Assembly: GCA_963675525.2 (NCBI GenBank)
Contig: CAXXSL010000019.1
Coordinates: forward strand, 160,001-224,000
DNA from: Anaerohalosphaeraceae bacterium
Lineage (GTDB): Bacteria; Planctomycetota; Phycisphaerae; Sedimentisphaerales; Anaerohalosphaeraceae
Reading direction: 5' to 3'
DNA: 64,000 nucleotides
Shown: positions 10,106 to 19,830 of the stretch, piece after piece
Layout of the letters: every line of letters begins with the position of its first letter
How positions within the stretch are numbered: the first letter of the stretch is position 1
Notes under the pieces: generated by a model
Told to the model about the DNA's origin: nothing
Seen by the model: the letters and a program-made list of their open reading frames with translations, nothing else
The model's database searches: none
Made by a program: the position numbers and the translations under genes

Positions 10106-11086
10106 ATGAATAAGTTTACAAAATATTTATTACCGTTTTGCTCTTTGATTTTTATTATTTCGCTGTGGACCTTTCTGGAGCCTTATACGTTTTTAACCAC
10201 GAATAATTTTCTTAACGTGCTGTCGCGTTCTTCGGTTAATGGTATTATGGCCGCCGGCATGACCTATGTCATTATCACCGCCGGTATTGATTTGTCGGTT
10301 GGTTCCATGCTGGCCATGTGCGGCATGATCGGTTCGGTTGCGATGCTTGGCTTCAGTGGCGCCAGTTGGTCGCAGATCACCGGCGGCAATTATGTCGAAC
10401 TGACCCTGGCGGCGATGATCGGCGGTACGCTGGTTAGTATGCTCGTCGGCGGATTGTGCGGCCTGGCCAATGGGATGCTGATTACTCGTTTAAGATTGGC
10501 TCCGTTTATTGTTACGCTGGGTACCATGAGTATCTTCCGCGGCGTATCCTACCTGATGAACGACGGGAAGCCTTTTTCGGTCAGTGATTACTCTTGGCTG
10601 GATATTGGAACTGTCGCCGGGATTCCGTCATCGGTCGTATTGACGGTAATCGTGTTGGTGATTGCGGGCTTTATTCTCAAGTACACCCGGTTCGGCCGGT
10701 ATACCTATGCGATTGGTTCCAACCCCAAAACGGCTTTCCACGCCGGCGTGAATGTTAAGCTGGTACTGATCGCAATTTACTCATTGATCGGTGCACTGGT
10801 CGGTCTAGCTTCGATGATTGCCACCAGCCGAGCCAGCGGTGCCCAGCCTACAGCGGGTTTGGCGCTGGAGTTGGATATTATCGCCGCGGTCATCATTGGT
10901 GGCTGCTCTCCCAGCGGCGGACGCGGCACGATGGTCGGTACGCTCATCGGCACACTACTCATTCAGTTCCTGCGTAATGGTCTGACCCTGCTTGGAATCT
11001 CAACAAACGTACAATTAGTCGCCGTTGGTGCGATTATTATTCTGGCGGTCACAGCTGACCAGATTGCAACAAAACGACAAGCTTAA
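10106..11086 (+). CDS. Sugar ABC transporter permease (RbsC-like)
   Basis: GIDLSVG, PFIVTLG, YAIGSN, ELDIIAAVIIGG; multiple TM segments. Confidence 0.95.
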   Translation: MNKFTKYLLPFCSLIFIISLWTFLEPYTFLTTNNFLNVLSRSSVNGIMAAGMTYVIITAGIDLSVGSMLAMCGMIGSVAMLGFSGASWSQITGGNYVELTLAAMIGGTLVSMLVGGLCGLANGMLITRLRLAPFIVTLGTMSIFRGVSYLMNDGKPFSVSDYSWLDIGTVAGIPSSVVLTVIVLVIAGFILKYTRFGRYTYAIGSNPKTAFHAGVNVKLVLIAIYSLIGALVGLASMIATSRASGAQPTAGLALELDIIAAVIIGGCSPSGGRGTMVGTLIGTLLIQFLRNGLTLLGISTNVQLVAVGAIIILAVTADQIATKRQA

Positions 11087-11106
11087 TTTTTTAAAAGGAT
11101 GATTCA

Positions 11107-11541
11107 ATGCTAAAGAAGATACCTTCAATTATTTCTCCGGAACTGCTGAAGCTTATGATGGAAATGGGACACGGTGACGAATTGGTGATTGCGGACGGTA
11201 ATTTTCCGGCCGCATCCATTGCGCAGCGTCTTGTTCGGGCCGATGGTCACGGAGTGCCGCCGCTGCTGGAGGCGATTTTGAAAGTGTTTCCGTTGGACAT
11301 CTATGTGGAAAAGCCAGTCGCCTTGATGCAGGTCGTCCCCGGCGATACGGTCGAGACCCCCATCTGGGATGAATACGATAAGATTCTCCGATCCAGCGGC
11401 GAAAAGTATGACGGTTTTGAAAACGTTGAACGTTTTGCGTTTTACGAAAGGGCGAAAAACGCTTACGCCGTTGTTGCCACTGGTGAGTCAGCATTATATG
11501 CAAATATCATTTTGAAAAAGGGGGTAGTGAGCGATGGATAA
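11107..11541 (+). CDS. fucU: L-fucose mutarotase / RbsD-FucU family
   Basis: MGHGDELVIADGNFP, ERFAFYERAK, YANIILKKGV. Confidence 0.9.
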   Translation: MLKKIPSIISPELLKLMMEMGHGDELVIADGNFPAASIAQRLVRADGHGVPPLLEAILKVFPLDIYVEKPVALMQVVPGDTVETPIWDEYDKILRSSGEKYDGFENVERFAFYERAKNAYAVVATGESALYANIILKKGVVSDG

Positions 11542-11647
11542 ATGGCTCAAATTAAACGGAGAGGCGATCCATGCGACTTGCCAATGGAAGATATCAAGTG
11601 AGGGACAGTTTTATTTTACATCAAAATGAAAGGCGCGTTATCAGCAT

Positions 11648-11764
11648 CGAAATCCGACACCAATCCGACACGAAACATGCCAAGCTGCGTAGAATTAAAG
11701 ACGATTAATTATTCTATTTTTCCTATATCCACAAAAAAAGCGTTGTAAGTTTTTTTCTTACAAC
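11648..11764. repeat. Direct repeat copy A of the tRNA-Asn downstream sequence
   Basis: Shares ATTAATTATTCTATTTT and an identical 24-mer TCCACAAAAAAAGCGTTGTAAGTT plus CTTACAAC with 22151-22278. Confidence 0.85.
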
Positions 11765-12020
11765 CTCTGTCCAAATAGCACCATAAATAAGGCAAGACCT
11801 TGTTCTGAATTGTTTTATTAGAGGTTGATTTATAGTATCCGATTCACAAAAAGAAAAAAATCTCTACTTATAAGACGCAAAAACACTTTTAATGGAGGTT
11901 GAAATTTTTTAAACCGTTTATTTCATTGATGTTACAGCTATTCTAGTCTTTTATTTATTCTATTTTTTTGAATAACTTGATTAGTTATATGGACGATTAT
12001 ATAGGCAAGGATAGTATATA

Positions 12021-12563
12021 ATGGCTAACAATCAGTATGAAAAACTGAAATATAAAGAGTTTTTGAGGCTCATCTTAGAGCACAAAAGCCGCATTTATGG
12101 GTATATTTTGCGTCTGATTCCTAATCGAGCCGTTGCCGATGACCTGATGCAGGAGACGACGCTGGTAATGTGGGAGAAATTTCACCAGTTTGAAAAGGGG
12201 ACCAATTTCCCGGCATGGGGTATCCAGATTGCACGTTTCAAAGTCCTTCAATATCGTGCCGCTACCAAAAACTCTCCAATTCGTTTTAATCAGGATGTCT
12301 TTAACTCACTTGCCAGTCCCATTGAAAGCGACCATTATCAAGAGAATCAGAAGGTTCAGGCATTAGAAAACTGTCTCCGGAAACTTTCCAAGCGAGATCA
12401 TAAACTGATCCAGTTGCGTTATGCGGAAAAACAAAAAATCAAGAACATTGCCATAAACTTAGGGTGGTCTTCAGGAATGACTTACAAGTTGATGGCCAAA
12501 ATTCATTATATTTTAAAAGAATGTATTGAAAAACGCCTTTCTATTTCGAGAGCGGTCGAATGA
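12021..12563 (+). CDS. ECF RNA polymerase sigma-70 factor (Rhodopirellula/Verrucomicrobium type)
   Basis: ADDLMQET..MWEKF..F..GTNF.AW region 2; ALENCLRKL region 4; ATGA overlap with the next gene. Confidence 0.92.
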   Translation: MANNQYEKLKYKEFLRLILEHKSRIYGYILRLIPNRAVADDLMQETTLVMWEKFHQFEKGTNFPAWGIQIARFKVLQYRAATKNSPIRFNQDVFNSLASPIESDHYQENQKVQALENCLRKLSKRDHKLIQLRYAEKQKIKNIAINLGWSSGMTYKLMAKIHYILKECIEKRLSISRAVE

Positions 12564-14263
12564 GTGCGGCAGATAAATTACGAATGAACGAACTGATTCT
12601 GAAGTCACTGGAGGAAGATATCAGCGGCAAGGAATTTGCAGAGCTGAATCGCTATCTGGAAGCCAATCCGGAAAATCAGGCGTACTATCGACAAATGATC
12701 AACATGTATGTGGAGCTTTATGAGGGTAATGAAGTAACCACCCCCATAGAGGATGTCGTTGACCCGGTATTGGAAGAGCAATTGTGGCAGAGCCTGGCAG
12801 AGTATGAGAAAAACGCCCCCGTCATGATAGTTGAGGCGAAAGATACCCCCGAGACGATCAAGATTGACAAATCGTTCCTGCAGCGTCCTCGTCGTCAGAT
12901 TGAACGAAAATCGTTATATGCTGTCATTGTCTCGCTTGCTGCACTTGTTTTTCTTTTAGTTTATATTAAGTTTGTTCCTGTTCGAGAGATCCCCGAACCG
13001 ATTGCGACGTTGACAGATTGTATTGATGTCCGTTGGGCAAATACCGCCGGCCCAATGGAAAAGGGCACTCGTATGTCTTCCTCTCAGGGCTCTCTTATTT
13101 TGACAAAAGGGGTTGCTGAGTTTCTTTGTGATGATCAAACAAAAATTATTCTCGAGGCACCTGCGGAATTTGAGTTTCTCAGAGCCAATCAGGTTGCTCT
13201 GAATTATGGCCGTCTTTATGCGGTCTCGCAGAAGGATTCTGTCGGATTTACGGTGGATACGCCGGGGTCAAGAATCGTGGATTTGGGGACGGAATTTGGT
13301 GTTAAAGTGGACGTTACGGGGATTACGGAAGTCCATATGATCAAGGGAAAGGCCAGTCTGACCATTAGCGACCGTAATAACGTGAAAAATGATGTTATCC
13401 TTACAGAAAATCAGGCCAGACGGGTACATGCCAAAGAGGGTATTTTCAAAACGCTTACTTTTCGTGGCAAAGAATTTGTCAGAGAAATTAATTCGGACAA
13501 GAGCTTGATTTGGCGGGGAGACCCCATGAACTTAGCCGACATTGTGGGCGGAGGAAACGGATTTGGGACCGGTGTCATTGGCTCTGCCATTGATCCGCGA
13601 ACGGCCAGGCGATTCTTGTTAAGCAGGGTCGAGGAATGGGGGCCTTATGAGGGGCCAATGGAATATATGCCCGTAACTTGGCATGATTTTATTGACGGTG
13701 TTTTTGTCCCTGATGGCCAGAACGGCCCTGTGACCATTTCTACCGATGGCCGGCAGTTTGCATCCTGTCCGGATACATGCAATATGTTCTGGTCGGGTAT
13801 CTCCAATGGAGGACAGCTACCTGAACCTTTAGATGCGCCGCCGGAAGATATACTGTTTAGCAATGTCAGTTACGGAAGTGCCGGGCAATCCGGTATTTTT
13901 ATGCATTCGAATCTTGGTATTACATTCGATCTGGATGCGATACGGAAGGCCTGTCCGAATGTTACCATTACCGAATTTCGTGCGCATTGCGGAATTTGTG
14001 ATAACGGACCCGGGCGATTTCCGTTTGCCGATTTCTGGGTGCTGATTGATGGACGTGTTTGCTTCAGCCGAAAGGGTGTCGGGGCCGGCAGCGATCATGA
14101 AATAGCATTACCGGTTTCCGATAAAGACCGATTTTTGACATTGGCAACAACCGACGGCGGCGAAGAAGTTTGCTTGCGGCTTGAGGGTAACATACCGGTC
14201 CCGATTGACAGCGACTGGTGTTTGTTTGCCGAACCGTATTTAATGCTCGAATTGAAACAATAA
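12560..14263 (+). CDS. FecR-family anti-sigma/sensor with C-terminal NPCBM-like carbohydrate-binding domain
   Basis: Single TM; FecR core GFTVDTP..RIVDLGTEFGV; C-terminal MHSNLGITFDL..FLTLATTDGG..DWCLFAEP. Confidence 0.85.
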   Translation: MSAADKLRMNELILKSLEEDISGKEFAELNRYLEANPENQAYYRQMINMYVELYEGNEVTTPIEDVVDPVLEEQLWQSLAEYEKNAPVMIVEAKDTPETIKIDKSFLQRPRRQIERKSLYAVIVSLAALVFLLVYIKFVPVREIPEPIATLTDCIDVRWANTAGPMEKGTRMSSSQGSLILTKGVAEFLCDDQTKIILEAPAEFEFLRANQVALNYGRLYAVSQKDSVGFTVDTPGSRIVDLGTEFGVKVDVTGITEVHMIKGKASLTISDRNNVKNDVILTENQARRVHAKEGIFKTLTFRGKEFVREINSDKSLIWRGDPMNLADIVGGGNGFGTGVIGSAIDPRTARRFLLSRVEEWGPYEGPMEYMPVTWHDFIDGVFVPDGQNGPVTISTDGRQFASCPDTCNMFWSGISNGGQLPEPLDAPPEDILFSNVSYGSAGQSGIFMHSNLGITFDLDAIRKACPNVTITEFRAHCGICDNGPGRFPFADFWVLIDGRVCFSRKGVGAGSDHEIALPVSDKDRFLTLATTDGGEEVCLRLEGNIPVPIDSDWCLFAEPYLMLELKQ

Positions 14264-14272
14264 TTTTTTGGG

Positions 14273-16201
14273 GTGGGATGGATGAGCGTGGTGAACAGAA
14301 AAGGTATTTTTGGAGTGAAACATTTCAGGCAAATAGGAGTTTTCCTGTTTGTTATTTTGATGTTGACGGGTGGGCTTCTTTTTGGTGAAGAAATTGTAGA
14401 TTCGGGGGCTCACTGGACCCATGATCCGAGCATCATCAAGTCCGGCGACTATTTTTATGTTTATTCGACTGGCGATACCCTTCAAATGCGTCGTTCAACC
14501 AATCTGCATAACTGGGAATATCTTGGCGATGTCCTTCCTGATATCCCCCAGTGGGTTCAGAATAAAATTCCCCAAGCCACAAACCTTTGGGCGCCGGACC
14601 CATTCTATCATAATGGGAAATATTATTTGAACTACTCTGCCTCATCCTGGGGATCGAATACATCCACCATCGCGATGCTTTCCAATCTGACGCTGGACCC
14701 TGACAGCCCGGATTATGAGTGGGTTGATGAAGGCGAAATTTTCAGCTCCGCCAATCAAAGCGTTTTCTATAATACGATCGATGGGGCCTTTGTTAAGGAT
14801 CATACTGGGCAGGTCTGGCTGAGTTTCGGTTCATTCTGGGGCGGTATCAAACTGACGCTTCTGAATTCGACGACGCTGAAGCCCGTCAATTCGACACTGT
14901 ATTCCATTGCCTGGCGAACTGATCCTCCGTATGCCATTGAAGCACCTTACATTGTCTATCGAAACGGCTATTATTATCTGTTTGTTAACTGGGATCAGTG
15001 CTGCGACGGGGTTGACAGTACCTATAAGATTATGGTGGGGCGATCGACCACGATCACGGGACCGTATTATGATAAGAATTCTGTCTCAATGTATAACGGT
15101 GGTGGAACACTGTTTCACGGCAGCGGTGCTCGCTGGATCGGGCCCGGGCACGCTTCGGTGGTCAACGTAGACGGTCAGGACTTTTTCTCTTTTCATGCCT
15201 ATGACGCGCTCAACAATGGCAGACATTCTTTGCGCGTTCATTATTTGGACTGGGACCAAAATGACTGGCCGGTACTCGGTGAGGCGGTTGCGCCCGACGA
15301 CCAAGGTGTTATCGGTTATTGGGACTTTGAAGACGGGACACCTGGCCAGCCCATGAATGATACTGGCTTAGACGGACAGGTTGGTTCCGGCGATCTGTCC
15401 GGAAACGATTTCCATATGTATGCCTGGGATGAAACATCCGGTCCTTCTTTTTCGCTGGAAGGACAAACCCCGACTGGTTCAGGATTAAGTGCAAGATATG
15501 ACGGAGCGCAAGACACTTACACGGCCGATACGTTTATCAACAATTGGTCTCCGACTGTATGGACGATTGAAGTCGCGGCCAAGTTGGACAATCTTACCGG
15601 CTGGCAAACCATGATCGGCAGGGACGGGGCGTCCCACGGCGAAGCCGAATCCGATTTTTATTTCCAGAAAAACGATGCTAACGACCGCTTCCGTCTGAAT
15701 TTTGAAACCGTCGGCGGCCAGCGGTATATCCTCGATGCCGATTTTACGGTGGTCGCCAATCAATGGTATTACCTTGCGGCTGTTTGTGACGGGGACGACC
15801 TTACGATGTACGCTGACAAACTGGATGGCAACGGTTCCCAGGTTGTCGGAACACTGTCCTTAAGCACGACAAACGATAATACCCTGGCCGCTCCCGATGA
15901 ACCCTGGACGTTCGGCCGCGGCTGGTTTAATGGAGCCCTTACTGACCATATTTCCGGCAATCTGGATGGCATCCGTTTTACGGGTCGTGCGTTGGCTCCA
16001 AGCGAATTTCTGCACTACCAATGCGGAGCATGGGGCTATCTGGAAAGCGATCTGAATTTTAATTGCTGGGTTGATTATCCTGATTTTGCATTAATAGCTT
16101 CCGGCTGGGACGGCACGCTGCAGGTGCTCGAACAATTTGCGCTCCAGTGGCTTAATACGACCCAACCGTATGCCGAAGACGCTGTGCATGGGCCACACTA
16201 A
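14273..16201 (+). CDS. GH43 endo-arabinanase-like protein with LamG and dockerin-like domains (start may be GTG 14315)
   Basis: HDPSI, WAPD, NTIDG, SFGSFWGGI, AIEAP, GPGH motifs; LamG (GYWDFE..DGIRFT); C-terminal DLNFNCWVDYPDF. Confidence 0.9.
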   Translation: MGWMSVVNRKGIFGVKHFRQIGVFLFVILMLTGGLLFGEEIVDSGAHWTHDPSIIKSGDYFYVYSTGDTLQMRRSTNLHNWEYLGDVLPDIPQWVQNKIPQATNLWAPDPFYHNGKYYLNYSASSWGSNTSTIAMLSNLTLDPDSPDYEWVDEGEIFSSANQSVFYNTIDGAFVKDHTGQVWLSFGSFWGGIKLTLLNSTTLKPVNSTLYSIAWRTDPPYAIEAPYIVYRNGYYYLFVNWDQCCDGVDSTYKIMVGRSTTITGPYYDKNSVSMYNGGGTLFHGSGARWIGPGHASVVNVDGQDFFSFHAYDALNNGRHSLRVHYLDWDQNDWPVLGEAVAPDDQGVIGYWDFEDGTPGQPMNDTGLDGQVGSGDLSGNDFHMYAWDETSGPSFSLEGQTPTGSGLSARYDGAQDTYTADTFINNWSPTVWTIEVAAKLDNLTGWQTMIGRDGASHGEAESDFYFQKNDANDRFRLNFETVGGQRYILDADFTVVANQWYYLAAVCDGDDLTMYADKLDGNGSQVVGTLSLSTTNDNTLAAPDEPWTFGRGWFNGALTDHISGNLDGIRFTGRALAPSEFLHYQCGAWGYLESDLNFNCWVDYPDFALIASGWDGTLQVLEQFALQWLNTTQPYAEDAVHGPH

Positions 16202-16324
16202 TTAAATAGATGCTGATTTGAAAACTTATAAGTATGTGTTTTGTAGCATTTTGTGAAGCGCAAGTGTGTTGAAGTGTTTGTTTAGTGTGAAACGTTTCAT
16301 TAAATTTTTTGAGGAGAGTGAAAG

Positions 16325-17152
16325 ATGAAAAGAAAATGGTTAAGTGTGGTGGTATTGCTGCTGGTAATCGGGATTGCCGGCAGCGCTGCAGCCGATCCTC
16401 AGAACAACTGGATCGGCGGTGTAGGCGATTGGAACATCGCAACCAATTGGTCGGAGGGTTATGTTCCGGATACATTGGCTCCGACAGTGGACGGCAGGAA
16501 TATCGGTCTTGCTGGCGATACGTCTGTGGCAACGGTAAGTGTAAATACCGAATTCGGCGATCCCGGTGGTGGATGGACTGACTTTTATGGGCCTGAATGG
16601 GGAGCGACCTTGGATATCGATGGCGCAAGCCTGACACATCATGGTTTTGCTTTCGCTCCTGTTGGTGACGCGGCTAATCCCTCTGTTATCGACGTGCATA
16701 ATGGTGGATCATTGACCGTTGGGGAACTATTAATTGGCGACAACTGGTGGTTTAATACCGCTCCGGGTGCGAACCTGAATGTCTATGATACCAGTACGGT
16801 GACCGCCAGAGGGTGGTGCTGGCTGGGCGGCAAGATGAACATCATTGATGGTGTTGTCGATATCGGCGGTGAATTCAACATGAATGCGAGTCTCCAGAAT
16901 AACGCCCATCTGGACATCGAAGCAGGGACTTTAATCGTCCGCGGCGCCGATATTAGCGCCAATGTCGCAGCCTGGATAGCAAATGGCGAACTGACAGCCT
17001 ATGGCTACACACCAGGGACACATGGTGCTGATATCCTCGTTGACACAACGACGATTGCAGGCGGTACCATTATTACGGCAACGGTTCCCGAACCGGCAAC
17101 CATGGCATTGCTTGGTTTGGGTGCTTTGGCACTGCTAAGAAAACGGAAATAA
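16325..17152 (+). CDS. PEP-CTERM sorting-domain surface protein
   Basis: Signal peptide; C-terminus VPEPATMALLGLGALALLRKRK. Confidence 0.95.
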   Translation: MKRKWLSVVVLLLVIGIAGSAAADPQNNWIGGVGDWNIATNWSEGYVPDTLAPTVDGRNIGLAGDTSVATVSVNTEFGDPGGGWTDFYGPEWGATLDIDGASLTHHGFAFAPVGDAANPSVIDVHNGGSLTVGELLIGDNWWFNTAPGANLNVYDTSTVTARGWCWLGGKMNIIDGVVDIGGEFNMNASLQNNAHLDIEAGTLIVRGADISANVAAWIANGELTAYGYTPGTHGADILVDTTTIAGGTIITATVPEPATMALLGLGALALLRKRK

Positions 17153-17181
17153 GATCCGTTTGCATTGAATTGACTGACTTT

Positions 17182-17215
17182 TGTTGGCGACCCTTTTACG
17201 ATGGGGTCGCCAACA
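17182..17215. terminator. Stem-loop after the PEP-CTERM gene
   Basis: TGTTGGCGACCC...GGGTCGCCAACA perfect 12 bp stem. Confidence 0.7.
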
Positions 17216-17522
17216 GGAGCGGCTCTATGAAATATATTTGTTTTCATTTGTTATCCTGCGGGTCTTAAGTCGTGTTTCATTAAAGGGTGGTTATGGAAAA
17301 GAAGCAATTATAATTATACCGGTACGCGTGTGTCGTAGACGCATGAACACCGGGATTTCAGGACAGATGAGATTTTATGTGTTATACGAGCCTGACGGTC
17401 TTAGGGCAATTAATAAATAGCAGGATAATGTACAGAAAATACGAGAGCCGATCGAAACGGCGTAAAAAATGGTTTATGCATGTAAATAAAAACATTTTAT
17501 ATTTTTTTAAGGAGAGTAAAAA

Positions 17523-19739
17523 ATGAACACAAAATGGTTGAACGTAGTAATTTTGTTGTTGGCGACAGGGTTTATGAGTAGTGCTATGGCCGATATTGCC
17601 TGGGACGGGGATGCCCTTGATACCCTCTGGCGCACGGGCACAAACTGGAGCCTTGATCGTGTTCCGGCTGTGGGCGATGGTGCCGTTTTTATCAATAACC
17701 AAACGAATGGCCCCTTGGTTTTGGTGGATTCGTCAACGACCGTATCGATTGACTGTGATATTTTTGGCCCGGAGTGGGGAATGACCCTGGAGATCGACGG
17801 TGGTAACTTGGCGACCACAGGCTGGTCGTTTGCTCCCGTTGGCGATGTCGCTGCCCCCTCTATTATCAACGTAAGAAATGGCGGTAACTTGACGGTCCAT
17901 AACCTGCTTCTCGGTGACAATTGGTGGTTTTGGACCGCCCCGGGTGTTATCATGAATGTGTATGACACCAGTACAGTAACTGCAACCGATTGGTGCTGGC
18001 TGGGCGGCAAGATGAATCTATATGGCGGAACCGTCGATATCACCGGTAGTTTTAATATGAACGCCAATCTCCAGAATAATGCTCATCTGGACATCGAAGC
18101 GGGGACGTTGATCATCCGCGGTGCCGATCTCAGCACCGCTGTGGCGGACTGGATAGCCGCAGGCCAATTGACAGCCTACGGCCTGACGCCTGGAAGTGGA
18201 GCCGATATCATTGTCGATAGCACAACAGTTCCCGGCGGTACAGTGATAACGGCGGTTTACAATTACCCTGCCACAAATCCCAGTGTAACTCCTCTCAATC
18301 CAAATGGGACCGTAGGGGACTTGGTTGGGAGTCCGGGCAGTGAGACAGTGAATGCGACATTAAACTGGTGGGCCGGTGGCGATCCCAATAATGTCGTCAA
18401 CCCTAACATCCTGACTCATTATGTTTATCTGTCAGGTGGCGAGGCAGACCCCAACCTGTATTACGAAGGCTCCGTTGCACAGATCAGCCTGACAGACCCC
18501 AATGCTTCGTATGCGCTTACCGGGTTATCCCAGAATACACTGTACTACTGGAGCGTTGAGGAAGGACTCGATGACGGCACAGGCAGCGCCTATCCTGCCG
18601 GAGACCCCAATAATATTGAGGGGCCGATTTGGTCTTTCTTGACAAAAGCAGCGACTCCGGTAATTACTGCCGATCCCGTGAATGCCACCGCGGATCCGGA
18701 TGCAACTTTTATGATAACAGACGACGGTATAGCCACCAGTTACCAATGGTATAAGGTGGGAACGCCGGACACCGCCCTGTCGGATACGGGGGCCTATTCC
18801 GGAACGGGTACAGCCACACTGACCGTGACAAACGCCTCGGTTGCTGAAGAAGGTCAGTATTACTGCGTTGCAATAAATGGGACGAAGACCGATACTTCCG
18901 CTTCGGCATATCTGTGGACGCAGCGTCTGATGGGACACTGGAAGTTTGATGGAAATATGCTGGATTCCGTTGCGGTTACAGTGACCGGAGCTCCCGCACA
19001 TGATGGTGCGATTGCCGGAAATGGCTCCGGGGATCCAAACTATGTTGTCAGCAACGGTCCGGACGGCAGCGATTCGATGCAGTTCTTCAATGACGGCGAC
19101 TTTGTTGCAATCGACGATGCGGACTTCTTTAACTTCTACCCGCTTGGATTTACCATGAGTTTCTGGTACAAGGAAAATGCGACAGTTGGATGGAGACTGC
19201 CCGCTTCCAAGCTGGATGGCGGTGTAGCTGGATGGTTGTTTGGCGTGGATACCGCAACCCGCGGTTGGCCGATCTTTTTCACGAATCCAGACGATGACGC
19301 GGCATACTGGGCCGATGGTGACGACACGATGGATCTTGCAGACGGTTTGTGGCACATGATTACCGCGGTCTATGATCCGGCTGATACAACGTATACCATC
19401 TTTACCGATGGCGATGAAAATGAATCCATCGTTCTCGATTTGTCTGCGTATCCGCTGGCAGCGGCACCGCTTTCAATCGGCGGCCGCGATACTGAATCAT
19501 CCGTGGACGGTTTCATTGACGATGTTCGGATTTACAGCGTTGCATTGACGCCGCTTCAAATCGCTCAACTTTATGTTGCGTTTGAGACGGATAAATGGGT
19601 GTGTGTAGAAGATCCGGAAAATCCTTTGAACGCGTATGACCTGACCGGTGACTGCCGTGTAAATCTGGCAGATTTTGCTGAGTTTGCGGCAAAATGGCTC
19701 GAATGTCAGCGTTATCCGGCGACTTCCTGTAATTTGTAA
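17523..19739 (+). CDS. Secreted multidomain protein: paralogue of the PEP-CTERM passenger plus Ig-like, LamG and dockerin-like domains
   Basis: Signal peptide; YQWYK..EEGQYYCVA Ig motif; GHWKFDG..IDDVRIYS LamG; DLTGDCRVNLADFAEFAAKWL. Confidence 0.88.
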   Translation: MNTKWLNVVILLLATGFMSSAMADIAWDGDALDTLWRTGTNWSLDRVPAVGDGAVFINNQTNGPLVLVDSSTTVSIDCDIFGPEWGMTLEIDGGNLATTGWSFAPVGDVAAPSIINVRNGGNLTVHNLLLGDNWWFWTAPGVIMNVYDTSTVTATDWCWLGGKMNLYGGTVDITGSFNMNANLQNNAHLDIEAGTLIIRGADLSTAVADWIAAGQLTAYGLTPGSGADIIVDSTTVPGGTVITAVYNYPATNPSVTPLNPNGTVGDLVGSPGSETVNATLNWWAGGDPNNVVNPNILTHYVYLSGGEADPNLYYEGSVAQISLTDPNASYALTGLSQNTLYYWSVEEGLDDGTGSAYPAGDPNNIEGPIWSFLTKAATPVITADPVNATADPDATFMITDDGIATSYQWYKVGTPDTALSDTGAYSGTGTATLTVTNASVAEEGQYYCVAINGTKTDTSASAYLWTQRLMGHWKFDGNMLDSVAVTVTGAPAHDGAIAGNGSGDPNYVVSNGPDGSDSMQFFNDGDFVAIDDADFFNFYPLGFTMSFWYKENATVGWRLPASKLDGGVAGWLFGVDTATRGWPIFFTNPDDDAAYWADGDDTMDLADGLWHMITAVYDPADTTYTIFTDGDENESIVLDLSAYPLAAAPLSIGGRDTESSVDGFIDDVRIYSVALTPLQIAQLYVAFETDKWVCVEDPENPLNAYDLTGDCRVNLADFAEFAAKWLECQRYPATSCNL

Positions 19740-19773
19740 GAATCGGAGATGTTTAATTTTGGTTGTTAACGTT

Positions 19774-19809
19774 CACCCCGGCATGGATTTCCATGCCGGG
19801 GTGTTTTTT
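19774..19809 (+). terminator. Rho-independent terminator
   Basis: CACCCCGGCATGGA/TCCATGCCGGGGTG stem followed by a T run, between convergent genes. Confidence 0.85.
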
Positions 19810-19830
19810 ATCGTCCGACAATGACTTTTC

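Noticed and set aside
11571..11708. Short ORF after a GGAG sequence downstream of fucU
   Set aside because: About 45 codons, runs into the non-coding repeat copy A, no motif
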